A stretch of 63,287 nucleotides of DNA, filler included, from Octopus bimaculoides (taxonomy: Eukaryota), in the NCBI RefSeq assembly GCF_001194135.2. It is 3 parts of 3 records of this genome, joined end to end, with 100 filler letters (N's around TTAATTAATTAA, not from the genome) between each part and the next. Parts side by side here need not be neighbours in the genome. Positions count along the whole stretch, not along the records: positions 43,117 to 63,287 come from NC_068984.1; 2 more parts are not named here. The stretch is one strand, 5' to 3'. Positions 52,164 to 63,287 of this stretch are shown here, in pieces (position 1 is the first letter of the stretch; each line of letters opens with the position of its first letter). The position numbers were made by a program, and so were the translations under genes. The notes below the pieces were generated by a model. That model did no database searches. It worked only from the letters and a program-made list of their open reading frames with translations, and had not been told where the DNA came from.

Positions 52164-54250
52164 GTAAGAAAACTTTCTTTGTTGAAAACAAGTAATTTAA
52201 AAAAAAATATCTCAAACTACTTATATTTTAGGTTTCAGCTGTTGTATTGTTGAATGTTATTTGTTTTTGTGGTTGATAAAATGATTAAAAATAACAATTT
52301 GCTATTAAACTTCTGTTGCAGTTTATTTTTTATTTAAATGCAAAAAGTAGTGGTTTTTCTCTCTAGATTTGCTGTCGTTTAGATCCAGGTCGGTCTGATT
52401 AAACCATGTTGTGTGTGTGTGTGTGTGTGCGCGCGTGTATATAAGAAAACATTTTATTAACAGAAAAGTGTGCTATTAAAATAAATTATCTTTTACATAC
52501 TTTAAAAATCACTCTGGATAAATCCCTGCAATCATAGGCTCTCCAGTACCTGTATGATCGATACGGNNNNNNNNNNAACAAGTCTCTTGGCATAATCGTA
52601 CGAGATAGAATTTGTAGAGCACAAATTCGCAAAAATTTCTGAAAATATCCAAAACTACAAAAGGTTATGACCAGTTACATGGCATGCATCGATCCAGAAT
52701 CGATAATAGGCCGTGCGCATGGACGAGTTTATTTTTAACATTTTGAATTTGGATTTCGAATGATTTTAAAAATTATTTTGAGATTATATGTGGAAACAAA
52801 TGGCGGATTCGGATTGTCCGAATTTTAAAACTATGATAAAAAAAAAAATATGTTTCAATGATTAATTACAAACCAGTAAAAATAGTTTTTCAAAATTTCT
52901 ACTTTTTTAAAGCCCCCCCTCTTCCTCCTCCTCCTCCTCTATTTCATCCTACTCCTCATACGCAACAGGCCGTGACTTTTTCATATTTGACCTTTTACGA
53001 ACATTCTTTCAGAACTGTTTTAAATATCAGAGAAGTTGATAACACAAAAATGCTTTCCATTTTTATCTCCTCGACTCTCTTCTGTTTCCAAAGATGTATC
53101 AAGCTGCAACTTGTTGAGATGTATAGCTCAAGGTTTTAAGATTGTAGTTTAGGATTATGGTATAGGTTAATTTCCTACTTGCCCAGTTGAATTTATTTCT
53201 GGAAAGTCTGGTGGGTGTGAATAGCAGGGGACTGATTTCATCAAGATATAAAGGAGATGGAAAGAAGACCAGGGAAGATGACTCATCAGGCCAACAAGTG
53301 TTGGATGTTGCATCGTGAATGTCCATCAAATGCTTACGAGAGAAAGAGTTCCCAGTGTCCTCTTTAGGAAGTATTACAAACATAAATAATTTGAATATTT
53401 ATTTGCTCAAGGAAAGTGTTTTTAATAAAATATCGTCTGCAATAGATCTGGGTTGTTTAATAACACTATGTAACAAAATTTTAGATTTTTTTTGTTCGGT
53501 CAGTAAGTGTTATTTCCTATTTGCTTCTATCTAGAAATCAAAGGGAATGACTACTATTCTCTTCAAACTTTGCTTTTATGACCAGGACATCAATGTTTTG
53601 AAACTCACCTATTTTCCAATACATTTCAAACAGATTCAACGCTGAGTTGCTGAAACAGAAATATCGTTACAACAAATATTCTGCTTAATACGACAGATTT
53701 GCTTTTCAGTTGCTTGACTTTAAACATTTGAGCATGTCTCTTATTGACAGCGCATACGTGCATCTCTGATCATGAGTAGAAGTAGTGGGGAAGCATCATA
53801 GCCACGTATTGAGAGGGATTCTTTAAGATTTGAATAAATATCATGACAAAAGCAAAGTTTGAAGGAAATATTAACCATTTTCATAGTTTCTAAGGGTAAG
53901 CAAAGAGGAAATAATAGTTGCTACCCAAGGACAAAAATCGTGTTACAAGGAAAGGTAACAAGAAGATGGTTAAGGAAAACATAATGAATAAAGTAACGAT
54001 AATCAACAAAGGAAAATATTTTTCTGTTTATGATATACTTTTATCGAAATTATCATTGAATTCTGTAATTACCATAATTTTGTCATTACATAACTACTGA
54101 ACTCATTAATTTCCGGTTACGTGCATAATGTTATAAAGATTACTCAAACAATATGTTTAGATTTCTGTCAACAGAAAACGAACGTAAAATTATTTCAAAG
54201 AAAAATTCCGACAAATATATTTTTCATAAAATTCTTCTTACTTTTTACAG

Positions 54251-54473
54251 TTACCTTTAAAATACCCCAGCTTGGGCTCTGGACAATCATATGATTATGC
54301 TGAACCTTATTCGTCATTTAAAGAGAGCCAGGCCGATCTTGGGAGAGGTTCTTACAGTGACTCAAGAAAGTTATTCCTGCAAAAAAGTGGCCGAATACTT
54401 TGGATCATTTCATGTATTCTCGTTTTCCTTGGCATGATCGCTGCGTTGGGTGTCGTAATCACACTCATTACAG
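54251..54473 (+). CDS. Gene B exon with single transmembrane helix (type II membrane protein)
   Basis: Strong acceptor (ttcttcttactttttacag); open frame LPLKYPSL..YDYAEPY..RKLFLQKSGR-ILWIISCILVFLGMIAALGVVITLI; phase-1 GTTAGT donor. Confidence 0.72.
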
Positions 54474-54543
54474 GTTAGTTAATTATGTTAACGTTACTGC
54501 ATTTTTGTATTGCTAAGATAGCTTAGCATTAGTGAAGTGCATA

Positions 54544-54755
54544 AGGCGGTGAGCTGGCAGAATCATTAGCAGGCCGGGCAAAATGCTTAGCGGTATTTAG
54601 TCTATATTTCACGTTCTCAAATCAAATTCCACCGAGGTCGACTTTGCCTTTTATCCTTTCGGGATCGATAAAACAAGTACCAGTTGCGTACTGGGATTGA
54701 CGTAATCAACTTACTCCCTCCCCCAAAACTGTTGCCCTTGTGTCAAAATTTGAAA
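54544..54755 (+). mobile_element. tRNA-derived SINE family 1
   Basis: AAGGCGGTGAGCTGGCAGAATC..CCGAGGTCGACTTTGCC..AAGTACCAGTTGCGTACTGGG. Confidence 0.85.
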
Positions 54756-55877
54756 TAGATATTACTGAAATACATATTAATTTGACTATAATTAGTTTAA
54801 TGAGGAGGGAAAGAGTTGCAAGGTGTCGAAAGAGTTGTTTGTTAAGAAATGTTTTCTTCATCTTTGATATATTGGAAATATGCATTTTCGGTTAAGGTTA
54901 GACATACAAATCTTTATTTATAATAAAGAATATCAATGTTTTTATCCTCCACTGAATCGTAGAATTGTAGGTGGTAGCGTCGCAATTGCGTATGTAATGA
55001 AAGTTAGCTATTTGCAACGAGCTGGAAAGATTGAAGAAGTGTTCTGTTTTATGACATGGTTTCCTTTACCTTACCTTAGGTCTATTCCTCTTGTCTAATA
55101 TTGGAATTTAGAGCCGTATACTTTTAGGAGCAAGTGATGGTAAAATAACATTCAGGTCAAGTACCGAAACCATTTAAACTTTTCATCAATGGACGTGACA
55201 GAGAAGTGATGTTGCTCTCCCTTCTCTGACTTATGATTATGTCACATTGAAATAGACGTTTATCTTGTTGAATATCAATATCACCATCTTTTCTCTCGCA
55301 AGAAATGTATACATGATTTTATTTAGGAATAAAAGTAATCAGTTTACCAACTCCCTAGTATAATTGAGTTCTCTTAAGTCGAAGGGGAACCAAAAGTAAA
55401 CCCTGCATTAGAATAAAGTAATAATTGTAGAATGCGATATCAATTGGTGGTAGAGAAAATTACCACTGTCTTACTTGAACAATTAATAGTATGAAAATCG
55501 TTTGGAATTAGGGAGTTAAGCTGAAAGTGTATAGAGCTACGTGCCGAAGGGATAACAGTGCATTTCCTGTCGCCGTACAGCGTTCATGGCGAAGACTCTT
55601 AAACGATTTAGTCCACCTAGCCACGAAAAGGATGTCATTGAGCAAGCGTTTAAATTCCTCAGGATTAACGAATTAGCGAGTGATACTGAATTCCATTGGC
55701 CGGAGGAGTACTTACTTTCAGATTGATCTGAGCTTATTCCGGATCATCAACGTCGACTGATGGATGGACGATTTGGAATCTTGAGATTCCAAATCGTCCA
55801 TCCATTTTCTCCGCCCAATATTCCTGGAACGGTCGTGTTGTGTGTGTGTGTGTGTGTGTGTGTGTGTNNNNNNNNNN

Positions 55878-55920
<43 letters not shown>

Positions 55921-55929
55921 TAAAGCTCT

Positions 55930-56100
55930 CAGACACCTCCTCCATAGGGTCCTATCAGAAACAACCGTCATTACACTTTCTGGCTTGATCCTCAAGCTTG
56001 ACCAATTTGAGCCTATGGGAATCGTTCTTGGTCTACCCCAAAGTTTCCTACCAGTTGGCTTGGCCTAAAGAATCCATCTTGCGATTCTTTCCTGAAACCT
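55930..56100 (-). mobile_element. RTE-like 3' fragment
   Basis: KLWGRPRT..VMTVVSDRTLWRRCL resembles the RTE C-terminal GRP..DR..WR motif. Confidence 0.4.
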
Positions 56101-56177
56101 TCAAATCAAAATGTTTAAAATTCTTTATCATTCAGTTGTAAAAATTTCATCTAATTTTGAAATATTTGTATTTGCAG

Positions 56178-56249
56178 CAGATAAATCAGAAACGAAGGGA
56201 TCCTTTAATTCCGATTTTGTCAACAAGAGTGGTATTTCTTTGACAACAC
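56178..56249 (+). CDS. Gene B 72-nt symmetric (phase 1-1) exon, extracellular stem
   Basis: tttgtatttgcag acceptor (NAGNAG), ADKSETKGSFNSDFVNKSGISLTT with an NKS sequon, perfect GTAAGT donor. Confidence 0.6.
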
Positions 56250-57046
56250 GTAAGTTATGTTCACTTCCAAAACAGTTACTGCAAATAACTTTTATTTTAC
56301 TATAAATGATTTTAAAACAAACCAGCTTGAAGTGTTATACTCGTGTGTTACATAATTTTATCTGTTACTGTGTAGGTTAATGAAAAACTTATCGTAATTT
56401 TTACTGTGTAAACTGCATTTGCCGGGTGACCAATCGCTTTCAGCCTAGTAGTATATACGAACAGCGAAAAAAATTGTCTTTTAGTTTTGTCTTGAAAATA
56501 GACAGCAACCACTTCACAAAAGTATCTGTGTGATATCTTACAGTTGCATTATCTTTTATTCTTTTCATTCCTTTTAATTTTATGTTCCGAGCTTAATTCC
56601 TCAAGATGTCTATTTTACTTTTCATTCTTTCGGGGGTCAATAAAATAAGTACCAGTTATAACCGACTGTTTCCTCTTCAAGATAACTCAATATGGTTGAC
56701 CACCCGTCTAATCACTGAAACGTCAAGCAATTGACGTGTATAAATAGTAATAACAATAACAGTAAAATGGCATTTCATAAACATATTCTTTAAATGACGA
56801 TCTGAAATTTGTTGAGAAAAAGAGAATTTAAAAACGTATTTATACTTTTATTGTATATGAAAGAGAAGTAAACAAATGATTTTACCCAGTCTTTTAATTC
56901 CTGCTTACGATTCTATTAGTACAAAGAGTCATCAGTGGGCCGAGCGAAAGAGAAAACGATATATGAATATTTAAAAACCTAGTACTCTTCTGAAGTGAAA
57001 CGGAGATCCAGCAAGGTTTTCAATGTTGATGAGAAACGAAAACTGT

Positions 57047-57065
57047 ATTATTATTATTATTATTA

Positions 57066-57160
<95 letters not shown>

Positions 57161-57172
57161 ATTATTATTATT
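57047..57172. repeat. (TAT)n(GTT)n compound microsatellite
   Basis: Direct reading. Confidence 0.95.
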
Positions 57173-57173
57173 A

Positions 57174-57388
57174 AGGCGGCGAGCTGACAGTGCTTGCACG
57201 CTGGGTGAAATGGTTAGCGGTATTTCGTCTGTCGCTACGTTCTAAGTTCAAATTCCGCCGAGGTCGACTTTGTCTTTCATGCCTTCGGAGTCGATAAATT
57301 AAGTACCAGTTGCATACTGAAGTCGATGTAATCGACTAGTCCTCTCCCCCAAAATTTCAGGCCTTGTACCTACAGTAGAAAGGATTAT
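57174..57388 (+). mobile_element. tRNA-derived SINE family 1 inserted at an (ATT)n tract
   Basis: Full-length family match; ATTATTA on both sides. Confidence 0.85.
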
Positions 57389-58319
57389 TACTATAGTTAA
57401 TTAATCAATTTATATTTCATATTATAAAATAAGCTCACGGTATCACCTGCGCTTAATGCAGGTAACAGTTTTATGAGCACCTACTGTTTGTATTGTTTTC
57501 TCTTTGGCTATTCCATTCTTTGCTATCAAAACCCCCCTTACAACTCCTAGTCTTCCAGTATCCTTCTTGACATATATATGCCTATAGTATTTTATGTTTA
57601 TATGAATTAAATAATTGAATGAAAGTTAATAAATAAATAAATAAATAAATAAGTATATAAACATATTCAATTTCAGTAATTCCTGACCCCGTCACTTAGT
57701 TTCAAGATACTGCAGCAGTAAAGAAATTGATGTTGTTGTTAATGATATGAACGAAAATTTGCAGAAGAAAGATGATGATGGAAGAGGACGTATGTATTTG
57801 TCAAAGATCAGATGTATTTAGATATTTGTGTTTTCTCTCGAACAGTGTGAACATAAAATGAATCTCTGGTCTATGTAATCCTGCACACATCTATATGTGG
57901 GAGTATCTACTCATGAGCATTAATTGAAACAGTTATATTTGTACACGAACTTTTCATAGTTATATTGGTCTCTTGGTGGCAACCATGGTGGAGTTTTCTT
58001 TTCTATGCAGTATAAAGTCTAATGTAAAACATAAATAAAATAATGAGTAAAAACCACTACCCTTTACTTTCTTCACATAAACATTCCTCTTACCATTCAC
58101 TTTCATATTGTTAAGATTTTGTTAAAAATATTTCTCCTGTTATTTTTTCGTAGGTTTACTCAGCGTAGTGATATAAGAAAATACGGGAAGTATTTTCATT
58201 CTCATATTATCATTTGCGTAACAGATTTCATTAATTCCGCCCATGCAAAGATTCGTGCCTGGAATATAATTTATATTCTCAGTGTACGTGCAATAAATTT
58301 AGGATTAAATCAATGTAAA

Positions 58320-58683
58320 TGATCAAGCGGTAAATTTGGAAGGGTATCCATATGGCCCATGAAAGTCCATATAAGATTTTGGGGGGTCCATGCAGCAAAA
58401 TAGTAAACTGGGGATCCACAATCGTATTTTAAGGGCCCCTGAAAAAATTTTGCATTAGATGTATATTTAGGTATGTATTACAAGAAACAGCTAGGTTTCT
58501 TTCTCTAGCATTTTACATAGTTCAACCTACGCATGTCAATGTGTGGAAAACAAAATAGGAGAGTTTTGAGAGAAGTTTCTATGAAACTAGTTTTTAAGTA
58601 TCGAATGACTATGGGGGTCCACCTGACTAAAATAGTATTTCAAAGGGGTTCATAGATATAAAAATATGGTTGAGAATCCTTGG
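58320..58683. mobile_element. Possible hAT-type MITE
   Basis: Repeated GGGGTCCA subterminal motifs and a 3' end GGTTGAGAATCCTTG resembling Charlie-type TIRs; 5' TIR not clear. Confidence 0.3.
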
Positions 58684-58900
58684 TATAAGGGATATAAATT
58701 AAGGTTCTTTTGGTGTCTATCTAGTGGAGTTTATTGTGCAGTAACAGCCACTTTAAGCTGAATTAATTAAAGACTTCAAAGGTTACACCCCTTTGATACA
58801 TTTTAGTCATGTTGAGGATACCACGAGCAGGGAAGGGAGTTGAGACAGGAAAGCGACCGAATTAAATGGAAACTAGAACATTTATTGTTGTGCTTTTCAG

Positions 58901-58967
58901 TTACGACTTCTAAAATCACCGAGATCAATATGGCATTTCAGCTCTCGGCCCAATCAAATATATATTA
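58901..58967 (+). CDS. Gene B tentative exon 4
   Basis: tgtgcttttcag acceptor, phase 1 in, (L)TTSKITEINMAFQLSAQSNIY, GTAATA donor in phase 2. Confidence 0.35.
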
Positions 58968-60004
58968 GTAATATATGGGATTAATTCAACTGACTTTACA
59001 CTTTCTCCACGAAAAATACTTCGTCTTTTTATAAAAAATTATGATAATAACTTGAAGCTTCCATGGGAGATTGCAGAAGTCGAGTCTTAAAATGTGTATT
59101 GATACTTTGTACATTGAAGGATCTATTAATATTTGAGATGGTCAATAAGTGAGGATGTGATGTAATTTTACTTCCTTGAAATAAATAGTGTTCACATTTT
59201 TATGCTGTTAATCCTAATCGAACTGACAGAGAAGTTAAACGGTTTGATTTAAGTTTTTGAACGAGCTGATATTATTGGCACTGAACAGGATGCTGGCCTT
59301 CAAAGATTCAAAGAAGCACTAATTGTATTAGTAAATAAAATGTAATGTAAATTAATTGCTCTTTGTGTCAAAATTATTATGAGAATTTGTACAATGAAAT
59401 CAATTTATTTCTCTCTACAAAGCCTAACTTGTCTTTATACTGTGATGGTGACATAGTGAATTAAATGTAGACACATGGATCTGTGTTTAGTATGTCGAAC
59501 ATACGGATCACGAATCTCTATTCTATTTGCAAGATATGTTTGCGATGGTTGAGTTAGTGCAGTTCCAACTTCTTAGCAAAACCCCGTGACTTCGTATTCT
59601 GACACTACATTGTATTTTTAGACGAAGTACTAAATTCTTTATGCTTGATTTATATAGCAAAAAGTTATTTAAAGTAAATCGATAGAACACAACTCTTTTC
59701 GCCGAAATTTGCAATCTGGTACAGTTCAGTTTCTAAACCGAACTTAGCAGATCTGTTATGAATTAACAACCTGATTCAAATCTAGGATTTACTGCTTTCA
59801 CACAGTTTTGTTAAAATTAAAAATAAATATAACGTAAAGGATAATTTGCTTTCTGCAAAAAGAAAAGTTGAGCATGGTAATAAAAGATGAAATTTACTCT
59901 TCACTGCATACTCGCATGCTCATTCCGAGCAAAGTGTATTTGGGAGTTGTCTCCCTTCCTTATCATTTTCCTTCTCTCACCCTTTTTTAGTTTTTGGCAA
60001 ATAG

Positions 60005-60060
60005 CAAACCTGAACATTTTTCGAATCACCAGAGCACGGAGAAATTGAAGACCAATATTG
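60005..60060 (+). CDS. Gene B tentative exon 5
   Basis: Phase-2 acceptor after a T-rich tract, (Y)KPEHFSNHQSTEKLKTNI, GTATTT donor; a competing upstream AG at 59989 makes this uncertain. Confidence 0.25.
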
Positions 60061-60559
60061 GTATTTGCATACACCTGCAACACTGTCATTTTGGAATTTG
60101 GATATGGTCACCTCAAAATACATATTTCGTGCCATCTGGTGTTTTAGTCAATCTGAAAACTTATTTATGCCAATCCTATATTTTCTGGGTCAGAGAATTG
60201 ATAAAGGCCACAGAACAGTGCTTACGATTATAGAAAATTAAGAAACCAATAAATCATTGTGTTTATATTTGCGACATAAGAGTGTTATATAAAACATGTT
60301 GCAAGTCTTTTGAAGTTATATGTATAGATTTATGAAGCAAGGAAGCAGTCTTATTATAGGTTTGAACTATAAGTTATATACGCAGCATTTACAAGACCTG
60401 TATCACTCCAGAATATATTTTTACGCAACTTTATCATTGTTCTGGGTGTGATTTTTAGCGTGACAATCCGCGTCATTTTTGCTGTGTCTTTTGTATGATC
60501 ATACGTATATGGTGTTAGGTAGTGTGTCGTCAAGGTAATTTTGATAATAATCATGTGTG

Positions 60560-62700
60560 AAAATGTTGCTCATCAAAGTGGCTTAGCATCACACTCTACT
60601 TCAGATACACACACATTCAATGTGCTCCCCAAGAGCACCAACTGAAGGTGGAAAGTTACTCCTTTCCACCAGATGTTTGCAAAACAGATATCACCTTAAA
60701 TCAGGAATACTTGTTATATAGATGTCATTTGCACATTAAGGATGCAAAGTTGCTCAATGAACCTTTTTCATCCCCTGAGTTAGATAACCATCTTTTGTCA
60801 CTTCCGTTTATGCTGAGATGAAGTCCTAGTCAACCTTCATGTACTGTTGAAACCAATTGTTTTTTGTCTACTCCAGGGGATTTCCCAACGCTGCATCAAT
60901 GAATGCCTAGAATACCAGTAACACTGATCCTTTGTCTTCTTCCAGCACACTTCATTTTCCAACATATTTCAAGCCATACATAACATAGTGTGTTTGCAGA
61001 GTTTGTTGTAATGCGCAGCAGTCAAAACTCAGATATCGCTATATAGGCTGAAGTACTCAGGATAGTATTGCTCTTCAGCTGCTGCTAAGCAGATCATAAA
61101 TGTATCAGTTTCTTCATTTTGTTATCTTGAAACTACATATCATGATTGCTTCTTATGTGGGTTGTTGCTAATAATGTGATGACTCATTTTTGAAGTTATT
61201 TTTGAGTACTGCTTGCACGAAATAGTCCGTTAAACCGGTTTTTGTCTTTTGGTGAGATAGAATGTATCCCATTGCTTTGTACTTGTTTGCATCGTCAGCA
61301 ATCTGATGTTGAATAAGGTTTGCCTTGTAATCGTTTCTCTCTTATTTTCTACTTTGATGAACCAGATTTGTAAGTGTCAAAGATCAATAGAAACTCGTCA
61401 AAATCTATGTCTTTAGATTGTTGTCCAAGATCGGTGTCAGTACTTGTCTGAAGTTTCTCTACGATCTTTTGGACAAGCACCATTTACAGTGGCAATTTTG
61501 GACTATCAGAAGGTGATGAAAATGCTTCTGCTTCACCAATAAGTTACTTAGATGCTGGTGTTTGTAAATAGTGATGGGTTTCATTGTTTTTATTTTACCA
61601 GCCTTTCAATGCAACGTGTGAGATTCAGTAAGTCAGTATATGAATGGATAAATCTATCTGGGACAAACAATGCCCTGCATTCTTCTGATCGATGTCTCAC
61701 TTCACTCTGGCTACAAGCATAATTCAACCATACAGTTTTGTATTCAGAGTCCCCGATAATCCACAGACTTTGACAAGTGATGACAAGAACATGTCGTTTC
61801 ATCGACGTTCAAAATCTGTGGATTATGAAGTTGTTAAGTTGATGCTTTTTGCATCAAAAGGATTCTCATGACTCAGTATAGCCTTGATATTGCTGGTAGC
61901 ATCATGCTCCTTCTTGTCTGTACCTGGTCCTATCATATAGTATTTTAACTATTCATGAGCAGCTGTACTAAACTGTCCTTTAAACTCTCTTGTGAGGCAT
62001 GATATTTCTGGTGAAGCACTGCCGTGCATTAGAATTATTGGCAATATCAATTATCCAAGAGTGTTTATTATCCTATTTAGTAATTCACAAGCATAGTCTG
62101 CACTGAGGGACACACACTATATGTCATTCTTTGTGACAAATAGATTATTGCCCTAAAATTCATGCCAGATTTCCGGATGGCTTTGATCAGCTCCTAGAAA
62201 ACTGCCAGTGGAGTTCTTGTTCTTGGAAACATGGATTAGGTACATTAAAGGAAGAGTCCATAAGTCAGAGGAAGTGTGCTGAATATTTGTTTTGCAACGT
62301 AGCCTCCTGGAAAACTAGAATTCCTGAAAGTGTAGCAATTGTTAGAATCAGAAGTCTAATGATACCACCAATGGTTTTCTCGACTCAGAAAAAAATGAGA
62401 TTAGCACAAATTATCAGTTTTATGCCGGCCAATTCGAAAATCCAAAATGGTCTCCATGTCAGTATCTACGCACACGGTAACATTAACTTTTTGGGGTTCT
62501 TCATGCATTGATGAACCAGATTTGTGAGTGTCAAAGATTTAAAAAAAAACTTGTCAAAATCTGTCTTTAGATTGTTGTTCAGGATCGATGTCAGTACTTA
62601 ATGTCCGAAGATTCTTTTGGACAAGCACCATTTACAATGGCAATTTTTGGACTATCAGAAGGTGATGAAAATGTTTCTGCTTCACCAATAAAATTCCAAC
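60560..62700 (-). mobile_element. Degenerate XPG/PIN-domain-containing DNA transposon (Academ-like) relic
   Basis: Minus-frame remnants IFDTYKSGSSK (~61351-61385), NEETDTFMICLAA (~61081-61120), NWFQQYMKVD and FPPSVGALGEHI (~60615-60655) follow the FD.Y..S.K / HEEADT / LPPT..AL..H motif order. Confidence 0.55.
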
Positions 62701-63102
62701 TATATATAATTTTGCTCATTTTCACAATTTTAGACATAGTTAAGCTGATTAGGATATGATTTTGATTAATTAAATATATTTTGGCACGATGCATTAAATA
62801 TGTTAAATCCCCACTTAACTACAAAGTATTAGACTAGTAATAAGCGAGATTAGTTTCAAGATTGCTTTGATAAATAGATAAATTTTAGTCTAGAAATTAG
62901 TTATAAAAAAAAAAGAGAACAGATAAACATTCAGCTGGTGAGCACTTCGTTTCTTAAACCCTCGCCTACGCCTTTGGATTATTAAATATTATACCATGCA
63001 AAGTAGCAAAAAGAAAAATATGTAGAAACTCATTCCTCTTTTATTTTCAAGCACTATAAAAAGCAATGCATACATACATACATATATACATATAAATATA
63101 TA

Positions 63103-63251
63103 AGGCGCAGGAATGGCTGTATGGTATGTAGCTTGCTTACCAACCACATGGGTCCGAGTTCATTCCCACTGCGTGGCACCTTGGGCAAGTCTCTCCTACT
63201 ATAGCCTCAAGCCGACCAAAGCCTTGTGAGTGGATTTGGTAGAAGCCCGTC

Positions 63252-63252
<1 letters not shown>
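63103..63252 (+). mobile_element. tRNA-derived SINE family 2 head
   Basis: A-box-like TGGCTGTATGG, B-box-like GAGTTCATTCC, family core, then (TA)n. Confidence 0.82.

Positions 63253-63287
<35 letters not shown>

Noticed and set aside
53280-53290. CUGAUGAGUC on the minus strand, hammerhead-like
   Set aside because: No complementary stem II or GAAA box follows.
58152-58322. Strong acceptor ttttttcgtag as next gene B exon
   Set aside because: In the required phase 1 it hits a stop after six codons.
59245-59345. Short open frame FERADIIGTEQDAGLQRFKEALIVL as a gene B exon
   Set aside because: It resembles the C-terminus of a PLE GIY-YIG domain and lacks good splice sites; more likely a tiny TE relic.
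63103-63180. tRNA-like sequence with A and B boxes (also in other SINE heads)
   Set aside because: It continues into a multi-copy SINE body and has no complete cloverleaf, so it is not called a tRNA gene.

Overview
AT-rich, repeat-dense eukaryotic scaffold window with many N gaps. The tRNA-derived SINEs and microsatellite load suggest an octopus/coleoid cephalopod genome (inference). Most of the window is transposon debris: R4/Dong-like, Tx1/L1-like, RTE and Penelope-like retroelements, SINEs, and Tc1/mariner (DD34D, DD37D, DD41D), Tigger/pogo, hAT and Academ-like DNA transposon relics. Two host genes can be assembled from splice signals. Gene A (minus strand, 3 coding exons, 37671-40523, 416 aa) encodes a secreted protein with an N-terminal putative lysozyme-like domain and three 4-Cys chitin-binding-like repeats. 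Gene B (plus strand, from 52056, incomplete) encodes a type II membrane protein. The most unusual structures are a head-to-tail array of ORF1(gag)-only Tx1-related elements (30.4-34.2 kb) and minimal hammerhead ribozymes in Penelope-like terminal repeats. No rRNA, genuine tRNA or CRISPR array was seen. All family assignments come from motif recognition, not database searches, and transposon boundaries are approximate.
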